From the NCBI GenBank assembly GCA_017938625.1, contig JAGBBD010000029.1, positions 70-64,069 of the forward strand: 64,000 nucleotides of DNA, read 5' to 3'. The notes under the pieces are model-generated. The model was given only the letters and a program-made list of their open reading frames with translations. It searched no databases and was not told the origin of the DNA. The first letter of the stretch is position 1. Every line of letters begins with the position of its first letter. This DNA is from Oscillospiraceae bacterium (GTDB lineage Bacteria; Bacillota; Clostridia; Oscillospirales; Oscillospiraceae). Positions 1 through 9,542 of the stretch are shown in pieces. The translations under genes and the position numbers were made by a program.

Positions 1-87
1 GAGCGTCTTGCCGCGTTGCGGCAATTCACCTTCAGGTGCCGAACAAAGTGAGGCGGATGAGGTGTGTGCAGGTAGTGCGTACAACCC

Positions 88-124
88 CTGTCATTGCGAA
101 GGAGCGCAGCGACTGTGGAAATCT
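88..124. repeat. Copy 1 of a dispersed intergenic repeat (CTGTCATTGCGA...GTGGxAATCT); copy 2 is at 32323..32359
   Basis: Direct comparison of the two 37-nt segments: the first 12 nt are identical, the 3' arm is conserved, and about 26/37 positions match. The ends ATTGC/GCAAT can pair. Both copies are non-coding and lie upstream of glucan-utilisation genes. Confidence 0.5.
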
Positions 125-252
125 GAGCGCTGTCACAGATGAACAAATCTGCGATTTTCATTCAATTTCCGTCTTTCTTCCTTGAATATCCGTCGTGATG
201 ATTGAATTGTTTTGCGCAATCCAGTATGATGAATCCAAAAGGAGGTATTGCT

Positions 253-1803
253 ATGAAAAACTGGCTCAACAACGCTGTGGTCTATGAGATCTACCCGCAG
301 TCCTTCTATGACAGCAACGCAGACGGAATCGGTGATCTGCGAGGCATTTTGGAAAAACTGGATTATATACAAGATTGCGGCTTTACCGCCATCTGGCTCA
401 ATCCTATCAATCTCAGCAGCTTCCGTGATGCGGGTTACGATGTGACAGACTTTTATGATGTGGCGCCGCGTTACGGTACGCTTGCCGACTATAAGGCTCT
501 GTGTGAGGAAGTCCATAAGCGCGGCATGAAGATCATTTTTGACCTTGTTGCGGGACATACCTCCGTGGATCATCCCTGGTTTACCCAGTCTGCCAAAGCG
601 GAAAAAAACCAATATACCAACCGCTATATCTGGACAAATTCCACGTTTGATGAGGCAGAGGGCATTGCAGGCTTTGGTGAGCGTGATGGCTGCTATCTCA
701 CAAATTTTTTCTGGTGTCAGCCGGCTCTCAACTATGGCTATGCCCATCCCACCGAGCCGTGGCAGCTGCCGGTGGATCATCCCGACTGTGTGGCAACGAA
801 AGAGGAGCTGAAAAAGATCATCGCCTTCTGGATGGATCTCGGTACCGATGCCTTCCGTGTGGATATGGCAGCTTCTCTGATCAAGGGTGATACGGATGGC
901 TCTTACACAAAAGCTCTATGGCATGAGATCAGAGAATATATGCAAAAGAAAAATCCCGAAGCGCTTCTGATTGCAGAATGGGGCTCTCCTGCAGATGCCA
1001 TTGAAGCCGGCTACCATTTGGATTTCTTGCTCCACAGCGGCAATGCGGCATATACCTCCTTGCTGCGCTATGAAAAGGGCAGGAATACCTTTAAAAAGCT
1101 GATGGGTGAGGGACACAGTTATTTTAACCGTGACGGCAAGGGCAATATCAACGACTACCTTGACCGATTCCTCTATGATCTGGAGCATACACGAGGCAAA
1201 GGCTATGTGGGCCATATTACGGGCAATCACGATATTCCGCGCCTTGCCTATCGCCGGACGCCGGAGGAGATCAAGATCGTTCTGGCATTCTTGTTTGCTA
1301 TGCCGGGTGTTCCCTTTGTCTACTATGGCGATGAGATCGGTATGGATTATTTGGAAAACCTGCCCTCCAAGGAAGGCGGCTACACCCGCACAGGTGCCAG
1401 AACCCCCATGCAATGGGATGATGGCAAAAACCACGGCTTCTCTCTCAGCGACAGTCCGTATCTTCCTACAGACAACAGACCCGACGCACCTACGGTGGCA
1501 AGCCAGCAGCAGGATGAAACCTCTGTTCTGAGCTTTGTTAAGCAGCTGATCGGATTGTATAAAAAGACCCCTGCTCTGTGGGCAGAGGGAGAATTTGAGG
1601 TCTTGATGGCAGGATATCCCTTTGTGTTTACACGAACAGACGGAACGCAGAAACTGCTCTTTGCCGTCAATCCTTCCGACTATCGCCGCGACTTTGAAAT
1701 TTCTTCTGTCAAAGAGATCCTTATGAGTCAGAATGCCTGTTACGAAAATGGGAAACTGGTGATGGACGGTGTCAGCTTTGTCCTGGCGCAGTTGGAGGAT
1801 TGA
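253..1803 (+). CDS. GH13 alpha-glucosidase / oligo-1,6-glucosidase-like glycoside hydrolase (516 aa)
   Basis: ATG at 253 follows GGAGG (241-245). Motifs VYEIYPQSFxDSNxDGIGDL, AIWLNPI, FRVDMA, AEWG and GNHD are typical of the alpha-amylase superfamily. Confidence 0.9.
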   Translation: MKNWLNNAVVYEIYPQSFYDSNADGIGDLRGILEKLDYIQDCGFTAIWLNPINLSSFRDAGYDVTDFYDVAPRYGTLADYKALCEEVHKRGMKIIFDLVAGHTSVDHPWFTQSAKAEKNQYTNRYIWTNSTFDEAEGIAGFGERDGCYLTNFFWCQPALNYGYAHPTEPWQLPVDHPDCVATKEELKKIIAFWMDLGTDAFRVDMAASLIKGDTDGSYTKALWHEIREYMQKKNPEALLIAEWGSPADAIEAGYHLDFLLHSGNAAYTSLLRYEKGRNTFKKLMGEGHSYFNRDGKGNINDYLDRFLYDLEHTRGKGYVGHITGNHDIPRLAYRRTPEEIKIVLAFLFAMPGVPFVYYGDEIGMDYLENLPSKEGGYTRTGARTPMQWDDGKNHGFSLSDSPYLPTDNRPDAPTVASQQQDETSVLSFVKQLIGLYKKTPALWAEGEFEVLMAGYPFVFTRTDGTQKLLFAVNPSDYRRDFEISSVKEILMSQNACYENGKLVMDGVSFVLAQLED

Positions 1804-1805
1804 TC

Positions 1806-4172
1806 ATGGAAAAACTTCATTTGGTGTGCGGTGCCCATATTGATCCTGTCTGGCTCTGGCAGCGCAATGAAGGAATCGCGGCGACTCTTTCCACGTTTCG
1901 CTGTGCGGCGGACTTTTGTGAAGAATATGACGGTTTTGTCTTTAACCACAATGAGGCTTTGCTTTATGAGTGGATTGAGGAGTATGAGCCTTCACTGTTC
2001 GATCGTATCAGAAAACTGGTGGAGCAGGGGAAGTGGTGCATCATGGGCGGCTGGTATTTGCAGCCGGATTGCGTCATGCCCTCGGGAGAGAGTTTGCTGG
2101 CCCAAATCAGGCTGGGGCAGCAGTATTTTCTTGAAAAGTTCGGGAAAACACCAAAAACTGCCATTAATGTAGATCCTTTTGGTCACAGCCGGGGCCTTGT
2201 GCAGATCCTGAAGCAAACCGGTTATGAGGGCTATGTGTTTATGCGCCCTGCTGAGTTCCAGACGGGAGATTTTCTGTGGGAGGGCTTTGACGGCAGCCGG
2301 ATCCATGCCCATGGCATGATGGGTGCTTACAATGCCCTGCTTGGCGATGCTGCAAACAAGATCAAGCGAGAAATGACTCAGATCGATAAAACCGGCGCGA
2401 AGAGCGGCATGATCTTCTGGGGTGTGGGTAACCACGGCGGCGGGCCTTCCCGCAAGGATCTCGATGATATTGCGGTGCTGATCGGACGATCGGATGTTGA
2501 GATCTTTCACTCTGCGCCGGATCGGTATATGGCGCAGGTGGATAAGCAGAACCTGCCGGTGGTCAGCCGGTCCCTCATTCCGTTCTCTGTGGGCTGTTAT
2601 ACGTCCATGGTGCGCATCAAGCAGGCAAATCGCAGACTGGAAAACAAGCTGGCTGTGACAGAAAAGATCATGAGCTACGCGGGGATCTACGAAGAGCATG
2701 AATTGATCAAAGCCCGAAAAGCCCTTGCATTCTGCCAATTCCATGATGTGCTGCCCGGCAGCTCGATACGCGCGGTGGAAGAAGACAGCTTACAGATGCT
2801 GGCCTATGGTGAGCAGATCACGGATACACTCTATGACAAGGCTTTTTTCCGCCTCTGCGCAGGGCAGCCTAAGGCGAAGGAGGACGAAATACCCATCCTT
2901 GTATTCAATCCGCACCCCTATGAGATCGAGGGCGTGTTCGAAGTGGAGTTCCTGCTGCAAAATCAGAACTGGCAGGCAGGGGAATGTACTGTGGCTGCCG
3001 TATATGATGCCGAGGGGCGTCAGCTTCCCTCACAGAACGAGAAAACGCGCTGTTCATTCAATCTTGACTGGGTGAAGAAAGTGAGCTTCCGGGCAAAACT
3101 GAAGCCGTCCGGTGTGACGCGCTTTGACTGCAGATTGGAAGTGTGCAAAAAAGAGATCTTTGAAACCTATGATCAGACAGGCACCATTGAAGTCAGCAAT
3201 GACAAGATGACAGTGCGCATCAGCCGAAAGACCGGCCTGATCGAACTGTACCTCGTGAATGGAAAGACGTATCTTGAAAACAGCGGTGTGCTCGAAATGT
3301 ATGAAGATAATGAAGACCCCTGGGGCATGTTTGTCACCGGCTTCACAAAGAAGCTAGACAGCTTCCGACTCTTGAGCGACAAGGAAGCCTGTGCCTTTGT
3401 GGGCTACCCGGAAGACAAGACACCCAATGTCCGTATTGTGGAAGATGGAGAGGTGCGGATGAAGGTGCAGGCATTTTTTGCCTGTGGGAGCAATACAGCT
3501 GTGGTGGAATATACCATACCAAAACAGGGAGACTATCTGGATGTGGATATTACCATGTATGCGGCGCAGCCCAATCGGATGTTCAAATACCGCCTTGACA
3601 GTAAGCTTATCGGTGACCCATGGGGCGAAACGGCATTTGGCAGCCAGACGCTGTATGATGATGAACAGGAAAGCGTCTATCACAAGTGGTGTGGGATCCG
3701 CGGCGGGGAAGGGCAATTGTATGTACTCAACCGCGGTACTTACGGCGGAAGCTTCACAAACAGCACCATGAAGCTGTCCTTGCTCCGGACGGCGACCTAT
3801 TCTGCCCATCCTATTCCGGATGGCGGCGACGGGCCTTTGCGGAAGCTGGCTCCGGAAAACAGAATGAACGAGCATATGGATATGGGACAAAGAACATTTT
3901 CTTATCGCATCACGGCGGCAGGGGATGTGGACCGTCAGGCGCAGATCTTCAACGAAGCACCCCGTGCGTTGTCCTTCTTCCCGAGCGGAGAGGGAAGGAT
4001 GCAGCCGTCTGCGATCACGCTGGATGTGCCGCAGGTGATCCTTTCTTCTGTCCGCGGACGGGAAATGGTACTTCATAATACCTGTGACACGCCTGTAGAC
4101 GCTGTGATCGCCCGCACAGGGGAGAAACCTGTGCAGATGCACTTCCGGCCGTATGAACTGAAAATCGTGTAA
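1806..4172 (+). CDS. GH38-family alpha-mannosidase-like glycoside hydrolase (788 aa)
   Basis: ATG at 1806 follows GGAGGA. N-terminal HIDPVWLW and DPFGHS motifs and the overall length fit GH38. The specific substrate is not inferable. Confidence 0.8.
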   Translation: MEKLHLVCGAHIDPVWLWQRNEGIAATLSTFRCAADFCEEYDGFVFNHNEALLYEWIEEYEPSLFDRIRKLVEQGKWCIMGGWYLQPDCVMPSGESLLAQIRLGQQYFLEKFGKTPKTAINVDPFGHSRGLVQILKQTGYEGYVFMRPAEFQTGDFLWEGFDGSRIHAHGMMGAYNALLGDAANKIKREMTQIDKTGAKSGMIFWGVGNHGGGPSRKDLDDIAVLIGRSDVEIFHSAPDRYMAQVDKQNLPVVSRSLIPFSVGCYTSMVRIKQANRRLENKLAVTEKIMSYAGIYEEHELIKARKALAFCQFHDVLPGSSIRAVEEDSLQMLAYGEQITDTLYDKAFFRLCAGQPKAKEDEIPILVFNPHPYEIEGVFEVEFLLQNQNWQAGECTVAAVYDAEGRQLPSQNEKTRCSFNLDWVKKVSFRAKLKPSGVTRFDCRLEVCKKEIFETYDQTGTIEVSNDKMTVRISRKTGLIELYLVNGKTYLENSGVLEMYEDNEDPWGMFVTGFTKKLDSFRLLSDKEACAFVGYPEDKTPNVRIVEDGEVRMKVQAFFACGSNTAVVEYTIPKQGDYLDVDITMYAAQPNRMFKYRLDSKLIGDPWGETAFGSQTLYDDEQESVYHKWCGIRGGEGQLYVLNRGTYGGSFTNSTMKLSLLRTATYSAHPIPDGGDGPLRKLAPENRMNEHMDMGQRTFSYRITAAGDVDRQAQIFNEAPRALSFFPSGEGRMQPSAITLDVPQVILSSVRGREMVLHNTCDTPVDAVIARTGEKPVQMHFRPYELKIV

Positions 4173-4180
4173 AAGCCAAT

Positions 4181-4220
4181 AAAAGAAGCGTGAGAAACTT
4201 TTGTTTCTCACGCTTCTTTT
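4181..4220. terminator. Bidirectional rho-independent terminator (GH38 gene on +, SRP RNA on -)
   Basis: AAAAGAAGCGTGAGAAAC-TTTT-GTTTCTCACGCTTCTTTT is a perfect long stem flanked by A and T runs. Confidence 0.85.
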
Positions 4221-4260
4221 CCTGTTGCCGCAAAAGATCCGATCCACGGCAAGACTGCAC

Positions 4261-4513
4261 ACCCGGCTTCGAATGTACATCCTATCCGTTACCCGGGCAG
4301 CCGGCTCAGAAACGGCACCCTCGCGGCACACGCTGCGGTCCGCTTAATGCTGCTCGGTTCCCCGCCTGACATGGTTCACGGGACAACGTTGCGCAAGACC
4401 AAATCCTCAACACCGCTTTCCCGGGGCAGACAATAAAACATACACCCTCTGTCGGGAATTCATCCCTGCTGTAGCGGATTGCAGGTCACAAGGCACCGCT
4501 ATCTCCCCGACTA
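4261..4513 (-). ncRNA. ffs: Signal recognition particle RNA, long Bacillus/Clostridia type (scRNA)
   Basis: The reverse complement contains GGGGAGAUAGCGGUGCCUUGUGACCUGCAAUCCGCUACAGCAGGG (Alu-domain-like). It also contains CCAUGUCAGGCGGGGAACCGAGCAGCAUUAAG (domain IV / helix 8, at 4349-4370). Both closely parallel B. subtilis scRNA as I recall it. No ORF is present, and the ends given are approximate. Confidence 0.85.
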
Positions 4514-4563
4514 GTGCAGCCTTGCCGCAGATCGGATCTGCGGCAAAGCCTATTCAGTTGTTC

Positions 4564-4779
4564 TTACAGCTTGCTTTCCACGAAAGCGACCAGCTCACCG
4601 ATGGTGGCGATCTTCTCTTCCAGCTCCAGCTCGATGCCCAATTCGTCTTCCAGATCCATGACCATTTCCACGGTATCCAGAGAGTCGACGCCAAGGCTTT
4701 CAAAGGTGGTGTCGGCAGTGATCTCATCGGCAGAGATGTCAAGCTGATTTGCCAGATAATTGGCGATCTTTTCAAACAT
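4564..4779 (-). CDS. acpP: Acyl carrier protein (71 aa)
   Basis: LGVDSLDTVEMVMDLE phosphopantetheine-attachment motif. The ATG at 4779 follows GGAGG, and the upstream in-frame ATG overlaps that RBS. Confidence 0.9.
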   Translation of the reverse strand: MFEKIANYLANQLDISADEITADTTFESLGVDSLDTVEMVMDLEDELGIELELEEKIATIGELVAFVESKL

Positions 4780-4885
4780 GTCGAATTCCTCCATTTATCT
4801 CGGAAGTTCCATTTAAACTGTACTTAGTTATAATACGGTTTTTTGCAGGAATGTCAAGAGAAAATTTTGCTCCGACCTGTGCAGC

Positions 4886-6061
4886 TCAGCTGAGGAAGTC
4901 CCTCAGCTTTTTGCTTCTGCTGGGGTGGCGCAGCTTCCGCAGCGCCTTGGATTCGATCTGGCGGATGCGCTCTCTTGTCACATCAAACTCTTTGCCCACC
5001 TCTTCCAGCGTGTGTGCCTTGCCGTCGGTCAGACCGAAGCGCATACGCAGCACCTGTTCTTCTCTGGGTGCCAGGGTGGCGAGAACCTCCTCCAGTTGTT
5101 CACGCAGCAGAGTGTAGGAGGCGGCTTCTGCAGGCTGAGAGGCTTCTTCGTCCTGAATGAAATCGCCGAGGTGGCTGTCTTCCTCCTCACCGATGGGGGT
5201 CTCCAGAGAAACAGGCTCCTGTGCGATCTTCAGGATCTCTTCCACCTTGCTCAGCTCCATACCCATCTTGGCGGACAGTTCCTGAGGGGAAGGATCGCGT
5301 CCCAGCTCCTGCACCATGGAATGGGCGGTGCGGATCACGCGGTTGATGGTCTCCACCATATGGACGGGGATGCGGATGGTGCGTGCCTGATCGGCGATGG
5401 CTCTGGTGATGGCTTGACGGATCCACCAGGTGGCATAGGTGGAGAACTTGTAGCCCTTGGTATAGTCAAACTTTTCCACAGCCTTGAGCAGACCCAGATT
5501 GCCTTCCTGGATCAGATCCAGCAGCTGCATACCTCTGTTCATATAGCGCTTTGCAATGGATACCACAAGGCGCAGATTGGCTTCTGTCATTTTCTGACGG
5601 GCTTTTTTATCGCCCTCCACCATCTTCTGTGCCAGCTCCTGCTCCTGTTCCTGTGTCAGCAGGGGAATCTTGCCAATCTCTCTGAGATACATACGTACAG
5701 GGTCGTCTGTGCGAAGCATCTCGTCTGCCGTTGCTTCGGCAGAACCGCTCAGATCGGACTGCACATCCTGTTCCAGCGATTGCAGTTCTGCATCGGAGGG
5801 CAGATCCTCGGGCTGCTCATTGGGATCGGGAGTGAAAAGCTCCATCACATCAGTCACATCGATCTCGATGCTCAAATCATCCAGAAGGTCATAAAACTGG
5901 TCGGTCTGACCATCCGTCGCGTTGACGGTTTCCAACGTCTCGACCAACTGCTTGGAGGATACCTTACCTGCCTTCTTGCCTTCTGTCAGAAGGTCGGTAA
6001 GCTTCTTTCTGTTGTCTTCATTCAAGTTCCATTGCGCCAGCTTATTCAATGCTTTTTCCAT
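4886..6061 (-). CDS. rpoD: Primary RNA polymerase sigma factor (sigma-70/SigA)
   Basis: Acidic region 1, region 2 [13 protein letters not shown], region 4.2 [20 protein letters not shown]. Located immediately downstream of dnaG. Confidence 0.97.
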   Translation of the reverse strand: MEKALNKLAQWNLNEDNRKKLTDLLTEGKKAGKVSSKQLVETLETVNATDGQTDQFYDLLDDLSIEIDVTDVMELFTPDPNEQPEDLPSDAELQSLEQDVQSDLSGSAEATADEMLRTDDPVRMYLREIGKIPLLTQEQEQELAQKMVEGDKKARQKMTEANLRLVVSIAKRYMNRGMQLLDLIQEGNLGLLKAVEKFDYTKGYKFSTYATWWIRQAITRAIADQARTIRIPVHMVETINRVIRTAHSMVQELGRDPSPQELSAKMGMELSKVEEILKIAQEPVSLETPIGEEEDSHLGDFIQDEEASQPAEAASYTLLREQLEEVLATLAPREEQVLRMRFGLTDGKAHTLEEVGKEFDVTRERIRQIESKALRKLRHPSRSKKLRDFLS

Positions 6062-6064
6062 AAT

Positions 6065-7807
6065 TCAACCTCCATAGCCCTTTTTCGCCTTCAGACGGGC
6101 TTGTCTGGCAAGCAGAGCAGCCTCATCTGTGCCAAGGGATTTTTCGTACTCGTCGCGGATCTTCCCCGCGCAATCCCGGATGGCAGTTTCAGAAACAAGG
6201 ACGTCTTTTTTTCTGGATACTGCCGTCAGATGGTTCATTTCTTCCGCCGTAAGATCACCGGAGAGAGCGCCGAGCGCAATGGCTCTGCCCCGTTCCTGCA
6301 GCTGCAGCATCAGACCGAAGACCTTGCCCAGAAGCGGGGAGGAGAATTGCTGCGGGAGCAGATTCACCGTCGGCAGCAAAGTGGGGTCTTTCAGCAGCTG
6401 TGCCAGCAGCATTTCTTCTGCGGCGGCAGAAGAAGGATTGCTGTAATGCAGCCCCCTTTCTCTGGGCTGCAGCTGTCCGACCACGTCCAGGTCGGCACGT
6501 TCCTGTTTTTTTCGTTCGGCTGCCTTGCGGCGGCGGAAAGCGCGGTCGATCTCGAGCTTCATGGTGTCGGCTGTGACACCTGCGGCATTGGCGGCCCTTG
6601 CTCCGTAGACTTCACGCTCCACTGCGTTGGCAAATGTGCTGATCAAGCTTGCCGCTTCTTTCACGAATGCCACCTTTTGATCGTCAAAACTCAGATCATA
6701 CTTGTTTTGCAAACTGAGAAGCTGGTATTCTGCTTGATTCTCAGAACGGTCCAGCAGAACGCGGAACTTGTCCGGACCGAACTTTTTCAAAAACTCATCG
6801 GGGTCTTTTGCCCCCTGCATCCGCAGGATCTTGATCTTCAGATCGGCACGCTCAAGAATGGTGATGGCGCGCCGTGTGGCATTTTGTCCTGCAGCGTCAT
6901 TGTCGTATGTCAGTACCACCTCGCCGGTGTACTTGCCGAGCAGCTGTGCCTGTTCTGTGGTCAAGGCTGTGCCCAGAGATGCCACAGCGCAGTCAAAACC
7001 GTACTGATAAAGAGCGATGGCGTCCAGATAGCCCTCGGTCAGAATGATGCGGCCTGCTGTGCTCTTTTTGGCAAAGTTCATGGCGAAGAGATTTTTGCGC
7101 TTGTTGAAAATGGACGTTTCCGAAGTGTTGAGATACTTGGGCTTGCTGTCGTCCATGACTCGTCCGCCGAAACCGATGATGCTGCCGCGGATATCGATAA
7201 TGGGGAACATCAGGCGGTTGCGGAACTTATCGTAGTAATTGCCTTTGGGACTTTTGATCACAAGGTCGGCATCCAGCAGTTCTTCCTTGGTATACCCTTT
7301 TTTCGTCATGGTATCCAAAAGACCGTGCCAGCCATCCGGGGCAAAACCAATGCCAAACTTTGTGACTGTGGCGCGGGTCAGACCGCGCTTTGCTATGTAT
7401 TCCCGACCGGGCTGACCGGCAGGGGAGTTGAGCTGCTCGTGGAAATAGCGGGCAGCCTCCTTGCAAAGATTGCGCAGACGTTCCTGCTTTCTGTAAGCCG
7501 AGCGATACTCTTGATCCTCCGGTACCTCCATGCCCACGCGCTTTGCCAGAAAACGCACGGCATCGGGGTATTCCAGATTCTCCACTTCCATAATGAAGTT
7601 GACTGCGCCGCCGCCTTTGTGGCAGCCGAAGCAATAATAGATGCCCTTGTCCGGGGCAACGGAGAAGGAGGCGGTCTTTTCATTGTGGAAGGGACAAAGA
7701 CCAAAATAATTGCTGCCACGGCGCGTCAGCGCCACATACTGCCCCACCACATCCTCAATGGGATTGCGGGCATTGAGATCGTCTAAAAACGAGGGGGGAA
7801 ACGCCAT
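6065..7807 (-). CDS. dnaG: DNA primase
   Basis: CHC2 zinc finger (CPFHNEKTASF...YYCFGC) and Toprim motifs (EGYLD, DNDAAG). RBS GGAGG lies upstream. Confidence 0.97.
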   Translation of the reverse strand: MAFPPSFLDDLNARNPIEDVVGQYVALTRRGSNYFGLCPFHNEKTASFSVAPDKGIYYCFGCHKGGGAVNFIMEVENLEYPDAVRFLAKRVGMEVPEDQEYRSAYRKQERLRNLCKEAARYFHEQLNSPAGQPGREYIAKRGLTRATVTKFGIGFAPDGWHGLLDTMTKKGYTKEELLDADLVIKSPKGNYYDKFRNRLMFPIIDIRGSIIGFGGRVMDDSKPKYLNTSETSIFNKRKNLFAMNFAKKSTAGRIILTEGYLDAIALYQYGFDCAVASLGTALTTEQAQLLGKYTGEVVLTYDNDAAGQNATRRAITILERADLKIKILRMQGAKDPDEFLKKFGPDKFRVLLDRSENQAEYQLLSLQNKYDLSFDDQKVAFVKEAASLISTFANAVEREVYGARAANAAGVTADTMKLEIDRAFRRRKAAERKKQERADLDVVGQLQPRERGLHYSNPSSAAAEEMLLAQLLKDPTLLPTVNLLPQQFSSPLLGKVFGLMLQLQERGRAIALGALSGDLTAEEMNHLTAVSRKKDVLVSETAIRDCAGKIRDEYEKSLGTDEAALLARQARLKAKKGYGG

Positions 7808-7827
7808 GGTAGACCTCCTTTCCGAAA

Positions 7828-8835
7828 TTATCCCCGCACATGCCAGGTGGAGGGAATAAACAGTTCTTCGTATTTTGCAACGCAGTATTTATCGGTCATG
7901 CCTGCAATGTAGTCGCAGATGACACGGGGCATCCCGTCAAAGTCCAGCTGCGGGATAAAATCGGCAGGCAGCTTTTCCGGATGCTGAATGTAATAATTAT
8001 AGAGAGCCTGGATCATGGCTTTTGCCTTGACCTCTTCGCCCTTCGCCACGGGATTGCGGTAGACGCGCTCAAACAAGAAGGTGCGAAGCGCATCCATGGC
8101 TTTGCTGACTTCCTCGTGCATACCGAGCATGCCCGTTTCTTGGGTATAGCCGATCATATCCATGACAAGGGCGTTGATGCGCTCATTGTGGCTTTCTCCC
8201 AGAACATAGGAAATATCTCTGGGGATGTCCGACAGGGTCAGAATTCCGGCACGGATGGCGTCATCCAGATCATGGTTGATGTAGGCGATGCGGTCGGAGG
8301 TACGGACGATCTGTCCTTCCCATGTTTCCGGGATATGCTCTCCCGTGTGACCGAGAATACCCATTCTGACCTCATACGTCAGATCGATGCCTCTGCCGTC
8401 CTTTTCCAGAATGTCCACCACGCGCAAAGACTGTTCATTGTGGCGGAAGGGCACTCCGGTCACTTCTGTCAGCGCCACCTCTCCTGCGTGACCGAAGGGG
8501 GTGTGTCCGAGATCATGACCCAGCGCGATGGCTTCTGTCAGATCCTCGTTCATGCGCAGCGCTCTTGCGATGGTACGGGCGATGCGGCTGACTTCGATGG
8601 TATGGGTCATACGGGTGCGGTAGTGATCGCCCTCCGGCTGCAGAAAAACCTGCGTCTTGTGCATCAGACGGCGGAATGCTTTGCTGTGAACAATGCGATC
8701 CATATCTCTTTGATAACAGGTACGCACATCGCTTTCTGCATGATCCCATGTCCTGCCTTTGGACAGCGCGGCTTTTTGTGCCTGCGGCGCGAGAAGCTCA
8801 AACTCTATTTGCTCCAGACGCTCCCGTACAGTCAT
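7828..8835 (-). CDS. dGTP triphosphohydrolase-like HD-domain protein
   Basis: HD motif HDLGHTPFGH and ~335 aa length. Conserved position upstream of dnaG-rpoD. Confidence 0.85.
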   Translation of the reverse strand: MTVRERLEQIEFELLAPQAQKAALSKGRTWDHAESDVRTCYQRDMDRIVHSKAFRRLMHKTQVFLQPEGDHYRTRMTHTIEVSRIARTIARALRMNEDLTEAIALGHDLGHTPFGHAGEVALTEVTGVPFRHNEQSLRVVDILEKDGRGIDLTYEVRMGILGHTGEHIPETWEGQIVRTSDRIAYINHDLDDAIRAGILTLSDIPRDISYVLGESHNERINALVMDMIGYTQETGMLGMHEEVSKAMDALRTFLFERVYRNPVAKGEEVKAKAMIQALYNYYIQHPEKLPADFIPQLDFDGMPRVICDYIAGMTDKYCVAKYEELFIPSTWHVRG

Positions 8836-8886
8836 AATAACACCTCTTTATTATATACGATGAATTGTGACAAAAGTTCGGACAAT

Positions 8887-9531
8887 TTAAAAAATATTTG
8901 TAACATTTTCTACGGGGAAGGCGCGGTACTCCTGTCCTGTGATCATGCCTTCCAGCGTTCCTGCCGAAAGATCCACCACTCTGGCGAGGAAATCCTGCGT
9001 TCTGCCCTGAGGGGTCAGAACTTCCAATTCCACATCGGCACCAAACTGTGTATCTCGGAGAACACCTTCATAGACTGTGATCTCCTGCTTCATTTTTTCA
9101 TACCAGGAGTAGGGAACAGGCAGATAGATCACATCCCATACGCGCTTCATGGACTTGCCTGCCTCGTCCACCGCCAGCTTGGCACTTTTGGTGTAGGCTC
9201 GCACAAGACCACCGGCACCGAGGAGGATACCGCCAAAGTATCTTGTCACCACGCAGCACACATCGTGCAGCCCTTCTTTCTGCAGCACCTGCAGTGTGGG
9301 CATACCGGCAGTGCCGCCCGGCTCACCGTCGTCGGAGAAGCGGGTGGGGCCGTCCTTGATGATATAAGCGTAAACATTGTGGGTGGCGTCCCAGTGCTGT
9401 TCACGCATTTTTTTGATGTGCTCCAGCGCTTCTTCTTCCGTTTCCGTATGCCAGATCCGTCCAATAAAGCGCGAACGCTTTTCGATAAATTCCGCCTCGG
9501 CGTCCCGAGTGGGAATCAAATATTCATCCAT
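8887..9531 (-). CDS. YigZ/IMPACT-family protein
   Basis: N-terminal KSRFIG...ATHNVYAY...DDGEPGGTAG pattern typical of YigZ. 214 aa. Confidence 0.8.
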   Translation of the reverse strand: MDEYLIPTRDAEAEFIEKRSRFIGRIWHTETEEEALEHIKKMREQHWDATHNVYAYIIKDGPTRFSDDGEPGGTAGMPTLQVLQKEGLHDVCCVVTRYFGGILLGAGGLVRAYTKSAKLAVDEAGKSMKRVWDVIYLPVPYSWYEKMKQEITVYEGVLRDTQFGADVELEVLTPQGRTQDFLARVVDLSAGTLEGMITGQEYRAFPVENVTNIF

Positions 9532-9542
9532 AGCTGCCTCTT

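Noticed and set aside
133-780. 215-aa minus-strand ORF at the window start
   Set aside because: It lies antisense to the GH13 gene, which has clear catalytic motifs. It has no RBS or recognisable domain.
4225-4546. The structured non-coding region as tmRNA or RNase P RNA
   Set aside because: It lacks the tmRNA tRNA-like ends and tag ORF, and lacks the RNase P GGAAAGUCCGGGC-type P4 sequences. It matches SRP Alu-domain and domain IV sequence blocks instead.
4925-7786. 953-aa plus-strand ORF
   Set aside because: It lies antisense to the well-supported rpoD and dnaG genes. It has a low-complexity, Leu/Gly/His-rich composition with no motifs or RBS. This is a typical shadow ORF in GC-rich coding DNA.
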